Positions 1 to 12,365 are shown, counted from the stretch's first letter. The stretch: DNA of 64,000 nt from Eledone cirrhosa (GCA_964016885.1 OZ024740.1:102114001-102178000), one strand, 5' to 3'. The notes: generated by a model not told the origin, from the sequence alone. Program-made: numbers and translations.

Positions 1-565
1 TTATCTTGGCACCAACACTACCTCTTTATAGTGTGGGCTGGCTATATTTTATCATGGCACCAACCCTACCACTTTATAGTATGGGTTGGATATATTTTAT
101 CATGGCACCAACACTGCCACTTTATAGTGTGCGCTGGCTATATTTTATCATGGCACCAACACTGCCACTTTATAGTGTGGGCTGGCTATATTTTATCATG
201 GCACCAACACTACCACTTTATAGTGTGGGCTGGCTATATTTTATCATGGCACCAACACTGCCACTTTATAGTGTGGGCTGGCTATATTTTATCATGGCAC
301 CAACACTACCTCTTTATAGTGTGGGTTGGATATATTTTATCATGGCACCAACGCTACCTCTTTATAGTGTGGGTTGGATATATTTTATCTTGGCACCAAC
401 ACTACCTCTTTATAGTGTGGGCTGGCTATATTTTATCATGGCACCAACACTACCACTTTATAATGTGGGTTGGATATATTTTATCTTGGCACCAACACTA
501 CCTCTTTATAGTGTGGGCTGGCTATATTTTATCATGGCACCAACGCTACCACTTTATAATGCTGG
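1..565. repeat. 48-bp tandem minisatellite (~11.7 copies, may extend left of the window)
   Basis: Unit ttatc(a/t)tggcaccaacactaccactttatagtgtgggctggctatatt restarts at 1, 49, 97 ... 529. The ORFs at 6..677 and 31..573 follow from the 16-codon period. Confidence 0.97.
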
Positions 566-1094
566 CTACATAATAACAGAAACCCTACAAAACACACACT
601 CCCTTTATATCTATTTCTCTCACATTCTTTCCTTCCATCTTTATCTCTCTCCATTTATATTTCATTTCTCTATATAATCCTACTGCTGTTTCTTCTTCTT
701 CTGCCTGTCTCCTCCTACTCTCCTTCCTCCTCCCCATTCTATCTTTTCATTCAATAACTCCTTCCTTCCTCATTATTCAGTCTTTGGTTGTGTCTCTTTG
801 TTTTGGTTTGCTTTTCTTCTCTCTCTCTCTTCTTTACCTTTACCTTTATAGAAAGCTCATCCTTTCATTCCCTTACAACTCTGCTCACCATTCCTCTTTT
901 TCTTTCATTTTGCTACTTCTTTCTCTCTTTCTCACATTTAATCCTTCATTTCATTCTTTAAATTTTGTTTCAGTTGTTCCTTTTTATTTTTTTATTTTAG
1001 TTAATTTGCCAAAACTTTTCTCCCCCTCACCCCAACCAAATAATATAAATTTCAAAAGAAGGATTTAACAGAAAAAGACATGAAGGAAATAATA

Positions 1095-2700
1095 ATAATG
1101 ATTTGTAATTTAAGTACAAGGTCAACAATTTGGGGGGAGGAGAAAGTCAATTAAATCGACCCCAGTATTTGACTGGTAATTTCCTTCATCAACTTCCTTA
1201 AGGATGAAAGGCAAAGCTAACCCTAGCGGTATTTAAACTCAATACCAATGCTCTACCAATACTGCTAATCCACCATCCTTTATGTATAATAATTGTTTCT
1301 ACTTTTTGGCACAAGACCAACAATTATCCCAGTGTATTACTGGTACTTTATTTTATCGACCCAGTAAGGATGAAAGGCAAAGTTAACCTTGGCAGGATTT
1401 GAACTCAGAATGGCAAGGGCCGTAACTCTATGCATCAAAGCGTGGTGTCTGACCCGATACTGCCAATCCACCGCCCTTTATGTATAATAATGATAACAAA
1501 GATGATAACAGATGACAATCTAACTATCAAAGGAATGGAGAAATTATCCAAATAATCTGGAGATAGAAAAATATCTGAATGTGGATAATGATAATAGAAA
1601 CAATACCTATTATAACAGGATCTCAGTGAATGATAAAAAGATACACATGCAGATCATCATCATCATCATCATCATTTAACGTCCATCTTCCATGCTAGCA
1701 TGAGTTAGACGGGAGCATGGGTTAGACGGCAGATACATAACCAAAATTCCAGGACTTACAGCATACAGAAACTATTACTACACATATATTGTGAAGAATA
1801 CTCTCAAAATAATAGAAACAACAACACTACACAAACCCAAGGAACACAGAGCTGTGCTCGGTAATCCAGTGACAACATGCAATAACAATAAGACTAATAA
1901 TGGTTTCTGATTTAGGCACAAGGCAAACAATTTTTGGGGAAGGGAATGTTGATTAAATCGACCCGAGTTCATTACTGGTGCTTTATTTTATTGACTCCGT
2001 TAGGATGAAAAGCAAAGCTTACCTGGGTAGATTTGAACTCAGAACAGAACAGGTATGCAACTTTATACTGTGAAGCAAGGTGTCCGATGCCCTATCAGTA
2101 GTGCCAATCCACCTCCCTACATTGCCGTATAATAGTAATAAGTGTTTCTACTTTTGGCACAAGGCCAGCAATTACCCAATGTATTACTGGTACTTTATTT
2201 TATCGACCCAGTAAGGATGAAAGGCAAAGTTAACCTTGGCAGGATTTGAACTCAGAATGGCAAGGGCCGTAACTCTATGCATCAAAGCGTGGTGTCTGAC
2301 CCGATACTGCCAATCCACCGCCCTTTATGTATAATAATAATAATAATTGTTTCTACTTTTGGCACAATGCCAGGAAATTACCCAGTGCATTACTGGTACG
2401 TTAACCTCAGCGGGATTTGAACTCAGAATGAAAGGGCTGTAACTCTATGCTGCAAAGCATGGCGTCCAACCCTCTACCGATACTGCCAATCCACCACCCC
2501 TGCCAATAATAATAATAATAATGGTTTCTGATTTAGGCACAAGGCCAACAATTTGGGGGAGGGGAAAGTCGATTAAATTGACCCAGTTCATGACTGGTAC
2601 TTCATTTTATCGACCCCCATAAGGATGAAAGGCAAAGCTAACGGCGGGATTTGAATTCAGAACATAAAGGGCCATAACTCTATGTCGCTATGTATGTTAC
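1095..2700 (-). mobile_element. Cluster of six tRNA-derived SINE copies (family A)
   Basis: On the minus strand: head ggcagtatcggtagagg, B-box gagttcaaatcc, core aactttgcctttcatccttacggggtcgataaaataaagtaccagt, tail ggccttgtgccaaaagtagaaac plus (att)n. Copies at ~1095, 1293, 1900, 2141, 2347 and 2522. Confidence 0.88.
1500..1900 (+). pseudogene. Degenerate 3' end of an R4/Dong-like (RLE) LINE, interrupted by an RTE tail
   Basis: Frameshifted translation gives IKGMEKLSK..LEIE..MW..ETIPIITG..IKK..YITKIPGL..IQK, resembling the C-terminus of R4-clade ORFs. An RTE 3' tail lies at ~1652-1727 (-), flanked by a duplicated gcagat. Confidence 0.6.
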
Positions 2701-2739
2701 CCTTTATATATAATAATAATATGAAGAAGAAGAATTTCT

Positions 2740-3800
2740 TTTATTGGTCACAAGGGCCAAGCACATTGAGGATAATTCAAGGAAAAAACAACACTGAAAA
2801 TGAAAGGGGACAGCACCGAAGTGAAAACTGTAGGTATAACAGTAATAGAAATTTTAATAAATATTAATGAGAACAATGGAATACAGTAACAAATGTCAAC
2901 TAGGACCAGTTCTATAATAAGGAACTTTAGGGTAATTCCTGGGAGAACCCCACACAAAACCCTTCTTGGTTTCTTTCCTCCTGCTTAGAAAAGCATAGTC
3001 AATGTAGTCCCTCTCAGCCCTATCAATCTTGTTGCTCTCATCCATCATAGAACACATTAGAAGGCATCACCTCTCTCTCTACCCATAACCTACTCTTTAA
3101 GTGCAACTTGAAAATGTTGATGATGACTTGGCCAGAGAGGAAAGTTTCTGTCTTAACCCTTTAGCATTTAAACTGGCTGTACCTGGCCAGAATTCTCTTA
3201 CCTCTTTCTGTTCAAACCAGACATAACTGGCTGCTCATACTGATGTTAAGGTATTGTTCTCAAAATAAATAACATCAAAATCTTGTAGATTCGATATAAT
3301 GAGATAATTATGTGATGTAAAGTGTTTAATGGGGAAAATACAGTAGTAAATACTGAGTAATGTAAATGCTAAAGGGTTAATCCTTTTAGTTATGTCCACC
3401 ATACAGCTTTCTTTTCCATAGCTACCCGACTAAGACATGTATTGCCTCTTTTCTAAAAAAATGTGGTGGTTCAATCTTAACTATAGACATAAGCAAAAGG
3501 CGAATTTATCCTATATGTGATAGCAATTGTTTGATACAAGCCCATAACACAGGCACTGGGTGATAGCATGCAGGATGGTTTCATTACCTTGTCTGCCCCT
3601 CAGTAGCACTTCCAAGCCAAGGATGTCCATAATCCCAGACATGAAAGACCTCCAGAAGAACCTGTTCAAACTATCCTTATCAACACCTAGAGCCACTCCC
3701 AGACTATTAGTACTCATCCTTTCCACTAACCCTTTATAGTGCTTATATCTTCCACTAAACCTCTATAGAATGCAAGTGATGTTTTCTGGCTGCCTATTGC
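2740..3800 (-). pseudogene. Degenerate Tx1/L1-clade LINE 3' fragment
   Basis: LGVALGVDKDSLNRFFWRSFMSGIMD...ETILHAITQC parallels the Tx1-like ORF at 28311. The 3' end ggcccttgtgaccaataaaag matches the end at ~29125. Interrupted by the MITE at 3153-3380. Confidence 0.65.
3153..3380 (+). mobile_element. piggyBac-like MITE (228 bp including TTAA duplications)
   Basis: TTAA-CCCTTTAGCATTTA ... TAAATGCTAAAGGG-TTAA. A second, inverted copy lies at 62061-62287. Confidence 0.85.
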
Positions 3801-4174
3801 TTTGTTCAGCTTAAATCAACATTGAAAAAAACTGGATTGCTAACTTTGTTATGTTAGGTATTATTATTTATACTTTGCTGAAGTACATTTTAATAGCCAT
3901 TATCACACTGTAGAATAAATAGCGGGTTAAGGGAAGGGGTGTCCTCCTCATCTTCGTCCCCCACCTTACTACACATACACATACAATATCCACCCCATGA
4001 GTTGTATGAAATCATAAACTGAAGAATTACATAAAAGTCAAGAATTAAGATTTAAAAATCTGTTCTCATAAAAAAAAACAAATTAAATTTTCAAAGCAAA
4101 CCACATATCATCCACACACATACAGATAGACAAATACACATATACACACACCCATAGATATATATACACACACA

Positions 4175-4250
4175 CAGGGTGTCCCAAAAATGTATTCACA
4201 CTTCAACAGCATTCTAATAAATATGTGTATACATCTTTTGGGACACCCTG
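4175..4250. mobile_element. 76-bp Tc1/mariner-type MITE
   Basis: Terminal inverted repeats CAGGGTGTCCCAAAA(A)ATGTAT(T)CAC / GTGTATACATCTTTTGGGACACCCTG, inside a CA/TA tract with TA on the right flank. Confidence 0.8.
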
Positions 4251-4265
4251 TATATATATATATAT

Positions 4266-4360
<95 letters not shown>

Positions 4361-4589
4361 CACACACAACAACATATAAAACAAAAATCAAAATAAGCTC
4401 TCTATGAGTTTATAATCATTGGCTTGTTTGTTTGTCGTCCCCCACCCATACACCCCAACCCACACACTCCACCCTCCCTCCACTCCCTACAAGGTATTTC
4501 ACTTTTTGTATCTTCAGAGAAAAAAGACTGATTATTTGTAAGTCTATTGTAATGTATGAAAGCTTGCTATAGGTTTCCTATTGTTGTTG

Positions 4590-5460
4590 TTAGTGATGGT
4601 GGTGATGGCGGGTATGGTGGTTTTGTTGTTGGTGGTGGAGGTGTTGTGGTGGTGGTGTTGGTGGTGTTCTTGGTGTTGTTGTTGTTAGTGGTGGTGGCTT
4701 TGGTGATGGTGGTTTTGGTGGTGTTCTTGGTGTTGTTGTTAGTGGTGGTGGCTTTGGTGATGGTGGTGTTGGTGGTGGTGTTGGTGTTCTTGGTGTTGTT
4801 GTTAGTGGTGGTGGCTTTGGTGATGGTGGTGTTGGTGGTGGTGTTGGTGTTCTTGGTGTTGTTGTTAGTGGTGGTGGCTTTGGTGATGGTGGTATTGGTG
4901 GTGTTCTTGGTGTTCTTGGTGTTGTTGTTAGTGGTGGTGGCTTTGGTGATGGTGGTATTGGTGGTGTTCTTGGTGTTCTTGGTGTTGTTGTTAGTAGTGG
5001 TGGCTTTGGTGATGGTGGTGTTGGTGGTGGTGGTGGTGTTGGTGGTGGTGTTGGTGGTGGTGGTGTTGTTGGTGTTCTTAGTGTTCTTGGTGTTCTTGGT
5101 GTTCTTGGTGTTGTTGTTAGTGGTGGTGGCTTTGGTGATGGTGGTGTCGTTGGTGTTGTTGGTGTTCTTGGTGTTGTTGTTAGTAGTGGTGGCTTTGGTG
5201 ATGGTGGTGTTGGTGGTGGTGGTGTTGGTGGTGGTGGTGTTGTTGGTGTTGTGCTGTTGGTGGTGGCTGTGGCAGTGATGGGGAGTATGATGCTGGTGGT
5301 GGTGTTCTTGTTATTATTGCTGTTAGTGGTGGTGGCTTCGGTGATGATCATTGTGGTCGTGGTAGTGGTGGTGTTGTTGGTGGGGATGAGGGCAGTGGCA
5401 GCAAAGCATTTATGATGGTAATGATGGTGTTGGTGGTGATGGTGGTGATAGTGATGCTGG
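4590..5460. repeat. GGT/GTT triplet-derived minisatellite with a ~63-bp higher-order unit
   Basis: Unit agtggtggtggctttggtgatggtggtgttggtggtggtgttggtgttcttggtgttgttgtt repeats about 8 times with triplet indels. Confidence 0.9.
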
Positions 5461-5836
5461 TGCTAAGAGAAGAAGGGGACCTTTATTGGTGCTCTGCCAG
5501 TTGCATATGTTGTAGCAGTTGATTTGTTTATTTTAATGTTTATTATATATTAAAAAACTGTTTTTACAGGTAAAAGGTCACAGGTCAGCTATAAATTTCA
5601 TAGAATTCTATAGATATTTCTCTGTGTCTGAGTACATATGTAGAGAGAGGGAGAGAGACAGACAGACGGAGAGAGAGAGAGAAAGAAAGAGAGACAGAGA
5701 CAGGCAGTGACAGACACAGAGAGAGACAGACAAACAGAGAGAAAGAGAGGGAGGGGGACAGACAGACAGTGATAGACAGACAGAAAGAGAGAGAGAGAGA
5801 AAGAGAAAGTTACATAAACAAGTATAGGCACATATT

Positions 5837-5879
<43 letters not shown>

Positions 5880-6060
5880 ACAAAAACAAGTACAGACATA
5901 TGTATACGATGGATATGAGTATATGTATCTTTATAGACTTTATTTATGGTTGTAATTTCTTCTTTAAGTATAAGTATATTATACATGTATATTTATGTGC
6001 TTGTGTGTTTGTGTGTGCATGCAATTTCATACACACACACATATATATACATACATATAT

Positions 6061-6405
6061 GGAGGCACATGGCTTAGTGGTTAGAGCATTGGCCTTGCAA
6101 TTGAAAGGTTGGGAGTTCAATTCTCAGACCGGGTGATGTGTTGTTTCCTTGAGCAAGACACTTTATTTCACATTGCTCCAGTTTACTCAGCTGTAGAAAT
6201 GAGATGATAGGGACTGGGGTGCATATCATTCCACTGCAAACTGGTCGTGGAGGTGCCACAGCAAAAAAGCACCCAGCACTCACTGTAAATGAGGTTGGTG
6301 TTAGGAAGGGCATCCAGCTGTAGAAATCAAGCCAGAATCAGTTCCCGTCCCACCCTTGCAAGCAGGGAAAAGCAGACGTAAAATGATGATGATGATGATG
6401 ATGAT
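6061..6405 (+). mobile_element. Full-length tRNA-derived CORE-type SINE with RTE 3' tail (family B)
   Basis: A-box tggcttagtgg, B-box gagttcaatt, CORE-like ccttgagcaagacactttatttcac...cagctgtagaaatgag, then RTE-type tail aggaagggcatccagctgtagaaa...gacgtaaaa(tga)n. Possibly related to octopus OR-type CORE-SINEs (not verified). Confidence 0.85.
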
Positions 6406-6475
6406 ATATACCAGGTGGTGCTATTAAGCTAGACATGGCCAGGGCCAATACTGGCCAAAACCTATCAAAGTTATG

Positions 6476-6507
<32 letters not shown>

Positions 6508-6680
6508 GAGAGAGAGAGATGTAAAATCCCGACTGTGGTTTCAGCTCGTGTGTTCAGCAAAGGTGTAGAGATTTTGCATATCTCTATACCCACTCTGCAT
6601 ATCCCCCCCCCCCCCCCCATGCATTGAGTACTCCCCTGATTAGTGGTCTCCCTGGTTTCACCACTGCAGACTCTCTCTCA

Positions 6681-6721
<41 letters not shown>

Positions 6722-6756
6722 ATGATATTAACAACAAATTAAATACCCCTTCTACT

Positions 6757-6787
<31 letters not shown>

Positions 6788-8964
6788 TCAAAGATTACTT
6801 TCTTTTTCAATGAGTGAGGTACAGAGTTCTCGATAAATATTGTAGAGTATGTATGGGGATATAGTAGTGTGAGTGGTGTGGCCAATATGGTGGTGGCATC
6901 ATAGAGAGATAGGTAGGGGGTAAGGGATGAGTAAGAGGTAGGAGTAGCTGATTAGTGTATAGGGAGAGGACATATAGTGGTGTGGGGGATATGATTGATA
7001 AAGTGGAGAGATAGGTAAGGATTCATCACTTCGACTAGGAGCATGTTCTATTAAAGTCAAATAAGCCTCATGGAAGAATGGAAATAGAAACTCCTTCAGA
7101 TTTATGATCTGTCTCTGATTATCATGGGTGAGAACACTATAGTGACTGGATCATTAAACCATTTATATAAATTATTAGGCCCATAGGTAAAAATACAGTG
7201 CTGGGCAGAGGCATAATTTCACTGCTTGCCACAGGCACTATTTTCCTTAGTTATGCCTCTACATTACCAGTAATATATTGTGGCGTTTATTTTCTTTTTA
7301 TATTTCATTCTTCTAGGTCTACAATTCTTAATTTGGGAGAAATAGGGGGTTTAGAGAGGATATTGTTCTCAGGTTGAAAAATTCTTTATCATTAATCAAA
7401 CTATTTTTGCTTGATTAATTGTCATTAATGTTGATGTAAAGGATGCTATTGTTAAATTAATGTAAGGCTGTTAATGCAGTAAATTGTGTAGCATACAAAT
7501 AAGTGTAATATTATCATATGTGGTATTGCGGTGGTGGCGGTGGTGGTGGTGCATCAGATGAAATGCATTGCAGTATTTTATTATGGAGTTAAGAAACACT
7601 GTTCTAAGGGATCCATCAGACAAGTACCAGTAATAGACTGAGATTGATTCAGTTAACAAAAACCTAACTATTTTATCATCATCACCATTTAACTTCTATT
7701 TTCTATGCTTTCCCATGTTAGGCGGGCTGTCACATACAGGGACTAGACTGTTGAGGTGACCACGTCCTGCTTGTATGTTCCACTTGTGGGGGAGGGGATC
7801 TATGGCTTGATACCTTTACCTATAATATACAGTGATAGAGGAGGAAGAGGAGGAAGAGGAGGAGGAGGAGGAGGAGGAGGAGGGGCGAGGCATTGGTTCT
7901 GTTAATTAAAATGCCAAAATCCTTCACTTTGGAAAACATTTATTGTGATGGTGACTAAGGAAATAATTAATATTTAGTGTAAAGCAACAAGACAATGTTT
8001 TTAGTGACAAGATCTATTATAAAGTATTCCATGTTAATTATTATTCTTGTACAAATTCTTCACTTCTTAGGTGACTTGCTTACAAAACAAATTAGTTACA
8101 TTAATCATTCTGATTAGAGTTTGTTTACTACTATTACTATCACCAGTATTACCATCACTACCTTCATTATACCCACCACTATCGTTACTGCTACCACTAC
8201 CACCAGTTAAACCACCACCATTATCCCCACTATTCCACCACCAACACCACCATCACCCCCACTATCCCACCACTGCCACCACTGAAACAGGACCAACACC
8301 ATCTTTACCACTGACACTGCTATCACCATCAATACCTTCATGACACCTTCTACTATCACCACTGAAACCACCTTCACCACTGCCCTCATACCACCCACCA
8401 CTACCACTACCACCATTCTCCACCATCACTACTTTCATCATGTCACCACTACAACTACTAAAACCACCATCCCTGAAACCACCATCACCACTTCCACCAT
8501 CTCTTACCAGTTGATTGACAGAATAGCTACAGTAAAATCGTTTGCTGCACTGTTTCTTAATTGTCTTCTAATACTACTCAACTGAGCTGCTTAATTTGTA
8601 AGGTTTACATAAAATGTCCTCAAATGTATGGCTGTTTTTTTTAAAGAAATTCAATTGGTAACCACAGGATTTCTGGTTCAGTCCTGCTGAGGGGTACATT
8701 GGGCAAGTGTCTTCTACTTTAGCCTCAGATTGAACAATGCTTTCTAAATGAAATTTGAGACGTAGAAACTCCAGAGTAACAAGCCTCACCACTTAATTAA
8801 ATGGTAATACATGAATATTTAAACTTTACTTTGGTATTGAGTACTCATTCTCATGTCTACCAATAACACTTATATGTGTGTGTGTGTGTGTAAAAGGTAA
8901 ACAGAAATAACAAAACAAATGGCACAGTACATGGAAGAAATATATTAGTTTAACGCTTGAAATA

Positions 8965-9018
8965 GCAGGGAGAGAGTCTTAACATTTAGGACACTAGTCC
9001 TTCATCAGAAGATAGAGT
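8965..9018 (-). ncRNA. Degenerate Penelope-type minimal hammerhead ribozyme
   Basis: Minus strand reads tctt-CTGATGA-a-ggac-tagt-gtcc-TAAA-TGTT-aaga. Stem I (tctt/aaga) and stem II are intact; GAAAC is mutated to TAAAT. Confidence 0.55.
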
Positions 9019-11047
9019 TAAATAGAAAGTAAAGAGTGATAAAAGGAAGGAACAGGGGAAAAGTGAGGACAAAAATAGGGAAGAACAAAACACACTTCTT
9101 TTTTCTTTATCAAGTCAAACCTTGATGGTTAAAACATTGCTTCAATATTGCAATATGACTTGCGAACATGAAACCTTCCTCCAAATCTATCTATACCTTC
9201 CAATCATTAGCACCCTTCATATGTCTGGCTGGATGAAGCATGACCAAATGTTTAAGAAGTTCACTTTGCAATCATTAAGTCCCAGGCGTGATTCCACAGT
9301 GTGACATTTTCAGCAAATATCATTTGCTATATCCTCAGTTCCACTCATGCTTTCTGAGTGAAATTGAATTAACAGAAACTGTTTGATAAAAAGTAAACAA
9401 TTTACTATGTAAAGTATTTGGTTAATAAGTATAGACAATATAGGATAGAGAGAGATCTTAATCTGGGTAAGGACCTAATGATCACATTTGTGCTGATACC
9501 ACTATAAGATGGATCCAGTACACTTTGTAAAGTCGTTGACATCTTGAAGGATAATGTACAAGGAAGGTATGGTCCTCCAAACCATCTGTTGAGGCAGTAA
9601 CTTCAAATAAGAACTGGCCTGAACTATGGCAACCCATCCAATCCATACCAGCATGGAAAGGGAACATAAAATGATGATATTGTTGATGATGATAAGGATT
9701 GAAACTAAAATACTTTGTGGTATATAGTTACACCCAAGATACCATCTCTTACAAGATTTATAACACAAGTATGATTCAAAGAAACAGGGGCCATTATAAT
9801 CAACAAAACCGTGCTGAAGATGTTGCCACAGCATGGCCACAGTCTAATGGCTGAAATGCCATTTAACATCCATTTTTCAGTAAAAGAAAAAAATAGAGTG
9901 GGTGTGATTAACCCTTGTGATGAGTTCTAGAAAACCAACTTTCTAAAAATAATCCTGTCTTCAACAAACAAAGACTTCCTATGCAAAACCAACTCATAAT
10001 TTATCTTGGAGCTATCAATGATCACTTGACAAAGACAAGCTACACATTCTGTTATTGCTTACTGCTCCCATATAAACACACACACATGCAAAGACAAGGT
10101 ACACACTCTATTATTGCTAACTACTCACACATAAACACACACACATACACACATACACATATATAGAGAATACTGTTCTGGTCAATTTCCTCTTTCCCTT
10201 TTCATTATTACATTCTTTATGTTAACTAAATATTACCTACTTGAAATAATTCCTGCAGTGATATATTACCGTTCTTTTCTATTTAAAGAGTGGTGGGTGG
10301 TAGAACATGTTAATCACCAGAAATACTGTGTCATTAGTACTTCATTATAATATAATGAAAAAATGAAAACATTGTGTACAGTGCCTCAGGTGCACTACAA
10401 CTAACCTTCTATATTCTGAGTTCAAATATTGCCATGATCAGCTTTGCTTTTCATTTTACTAGAGGCATTAAAATGAGCAATGATCCTGTAATAATTTAAC
10501 AGAAAATGTTTAAAATCACGGTTGTTGATTCAAATGTTTATAGTATATTTATTAATGGACAGATATTTATGCAAAAATGCAGTAAACTAAAGTAAAAGAC
10601 ATTAATTTTTGGTATAACTTCTACAGTGATGCACCCTTTCTATTACCAACCACCTTACAGGGTGTACTTGGTAAATTTTCATGGCACCAACACTAGGGAG
10701 CTTGTCAGTTATCATCTTAACTTAAAAGCCTCTTCTGCTTTGTGGGAGTTGGGGAAAAGGAAGATAAGTATGATTTTATCTGTGTATGGAAAATGTGATA
10801 GGTTTTGACAAGGTGATGGATAAGGGGGAAGAGGGTCACTGCAGTTAGCATAGGAGGAGTAGTTACAGATGTACCAGGATTTTTATTTTTTAGAGAAGGG
10901 ATGTAGTGATAGTGACTATAGCTAAGAGGGTGATAGTGGTGGTGGCAAGATAATGTGGTATATATATATGTGTGTGTGTGTGTATACATGCATACACACA
11001 CATACATGTATGTGTATGTTTATATAAATATTTATGTATACATATAT

Positions 11048-11890
11048 TTAATTTCCGCACCGTTCGACGCATCGAGTAGTAAGTACTCGCCTACGGTCAT
11101 GATCAGCGGCAACTTTTTCGAGACTGTGCCAGGTGATGTTGGCTGCCATCAGGTCGTTCCGGAACGTTCGTCACCAGGCGATCCTTGGGCAACCCCGCCT
11201 CCGTTTACCGCCAGGCAGAGTCCAGTTCATCGCTGTTTTCGAATGCCGTTCATTTGGCAGACGCAGAATATGGCCAGCCAGCCAGCCGGCACCGACGCTC
11301 CATGACCACTCTCTGTAGCGTGCATGACTCAGCTCTCTGCAGGAACTGCTCGTTTCACACTCGGTCGCGCCAGGACACACAAAGGATCTTTCGCAGGCAC
11401 CGTTGGTGGAAAGCATTCAGCCGTCTCTCTATTTTTTCCGTACTCTTCCAGGTCTCGCTCGCATAAAGAACTGTCGGCAGCACAATGCTTTTGTACAGGC
11501 AAGCTTGGTCTTGGTGCTAATGCATGAAGACGGCCTGACTGGGCACAGCCGCTGGATAACTGCGGCTCCTTTACCGATCCGACAGTTGATGTCGAGCTCC
11601 GTGTCACCGCTGCTTGTCAGGATGCGTTGTTTGACAGGTCCTGTTGTTTGACTCTGTGTTGCTGGCCGTTCTCATGACATTGGTCTTTTCGGTGTTGATT
11701 CTCAGGCCGATCTTTTCCGCACTCTCTTGTAGGGATGTTGTTAGGGCCTGCAGATCTGCACTGTTTTCAGCGATCAAAGATATGTCGTCGGCGAATGCCA
11801 GGTCCCTCAGCCTCGATTGCCCTCTCCATGGGTTTCCTCGACCGGGTCCTCATCCATTCGCCTTAGTACGAAATCGGCTGCCAGCAGGAA
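11048..11890 (-). pseudogene. GC-rich RTE-clade LINE 3' fragment (second family, no PHD finger)
   Basis: LRDLAFADDISLIAE..KIGLRINTEKTNVM..PTVLYASETW..LNAFHQRCLRKIL..LAGHILRLPNERHSKTAMNWTLPGGKRRRGCP, with frameshifts. Both ends abut TA-rich tracts. Confidence 0.85.
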
Positions 11891-11908
11891 CATATATATA
11901 TATATATA

Positions 11909-12127
11909 TGCGTTACGAAGGGCATCCAGCTGTAGCTGTACGAAGGGCATCCAGCCAGAAGCAGTCCTATATAAGCGAGACATGGTCACCCGACCCAACT
12001 TGCCTCTCATGGGACAAAACCGACTAACCCATGCTAGCATGGAAAATAGATGTTAAACAAAATAGACGATGATGATATATATCAACATCATCATCATGTC
12101 CATTTTTCCAGGCCTGCATGGTTTGAA

Positions 12128-12130
<3 letters not shown>
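11909..12130. mobile_element. Two short RTE 3' tails, tail-to-tail
   Basis: acgaagggcatccagc...catgctagcatggaaaatagatgttaaac..(gat)n on +, facing (cat)n gtccatttttccaggcctgcatgg on -. Confidence 0.75.
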
Positions 12131-12158
<28 letters not shown>

Positions 12159-12235
12159 ATGAAGGAGTTGTGAGAAGGAACCAGATGGACCATAATGCAC
12201 CAGAGTACTCAATACTTAGGGTAGTAGAGTGGGTA

Positions 12236-12365
12236 ATAGGAAAATGTATGACCCCAACGGCGGAGCTCAAGCCGTTTTGACGGCTATTTCTGGATGGCTA
12301 TTTCTGTCCAGAAATAGCCGTCGAAACGGCTTGAGCTCTGCCGTCGGGGTCATACATTTTCCTAT
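12236..12365. repeat. 130-bp near-perfect palindrome (putative MITE/foldback)
   Basis: Arms of ~59 bp (ataggaaaatgtatgacccc...ctatttctgga and its reverse complement, 3 mismatches) around a 12-nt loop. Confidence 0.9.

Noticed and set aside
1-677. CRISPR array or repeat-protein gene
   Set aside because: Direct tandem units with no unique spacers, eukaryotic context and no cas genes; the ORFs follow from the 48-bp period.
4481-4525. Minus-strand CTGAAGA..GAAA hammerhead candidate
   Set aside because: Stem II is only 2 bp and stem I is mostly G-U pairs; compatible with chance.
4556-5351. Pro/Thr-rich (mucin/extensin-like) or Val/Leu-rich ORFs
   Set aside because: Open on both strands because of triplet repeats; no unique domain or splice evidence.
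6061-6135. Functional tRNA gene (also 14181)
   Set aside because: A and B boxes are present, but the sequence continues into CORE and LINE-tail segments, so it is a SINE head.
7208-7260. Tiny element with agaggcataa/ttatgcctct ends
   Set aside because: Only a 10-bp inverted repeat, single copy in the window, no clear target-site duplication.
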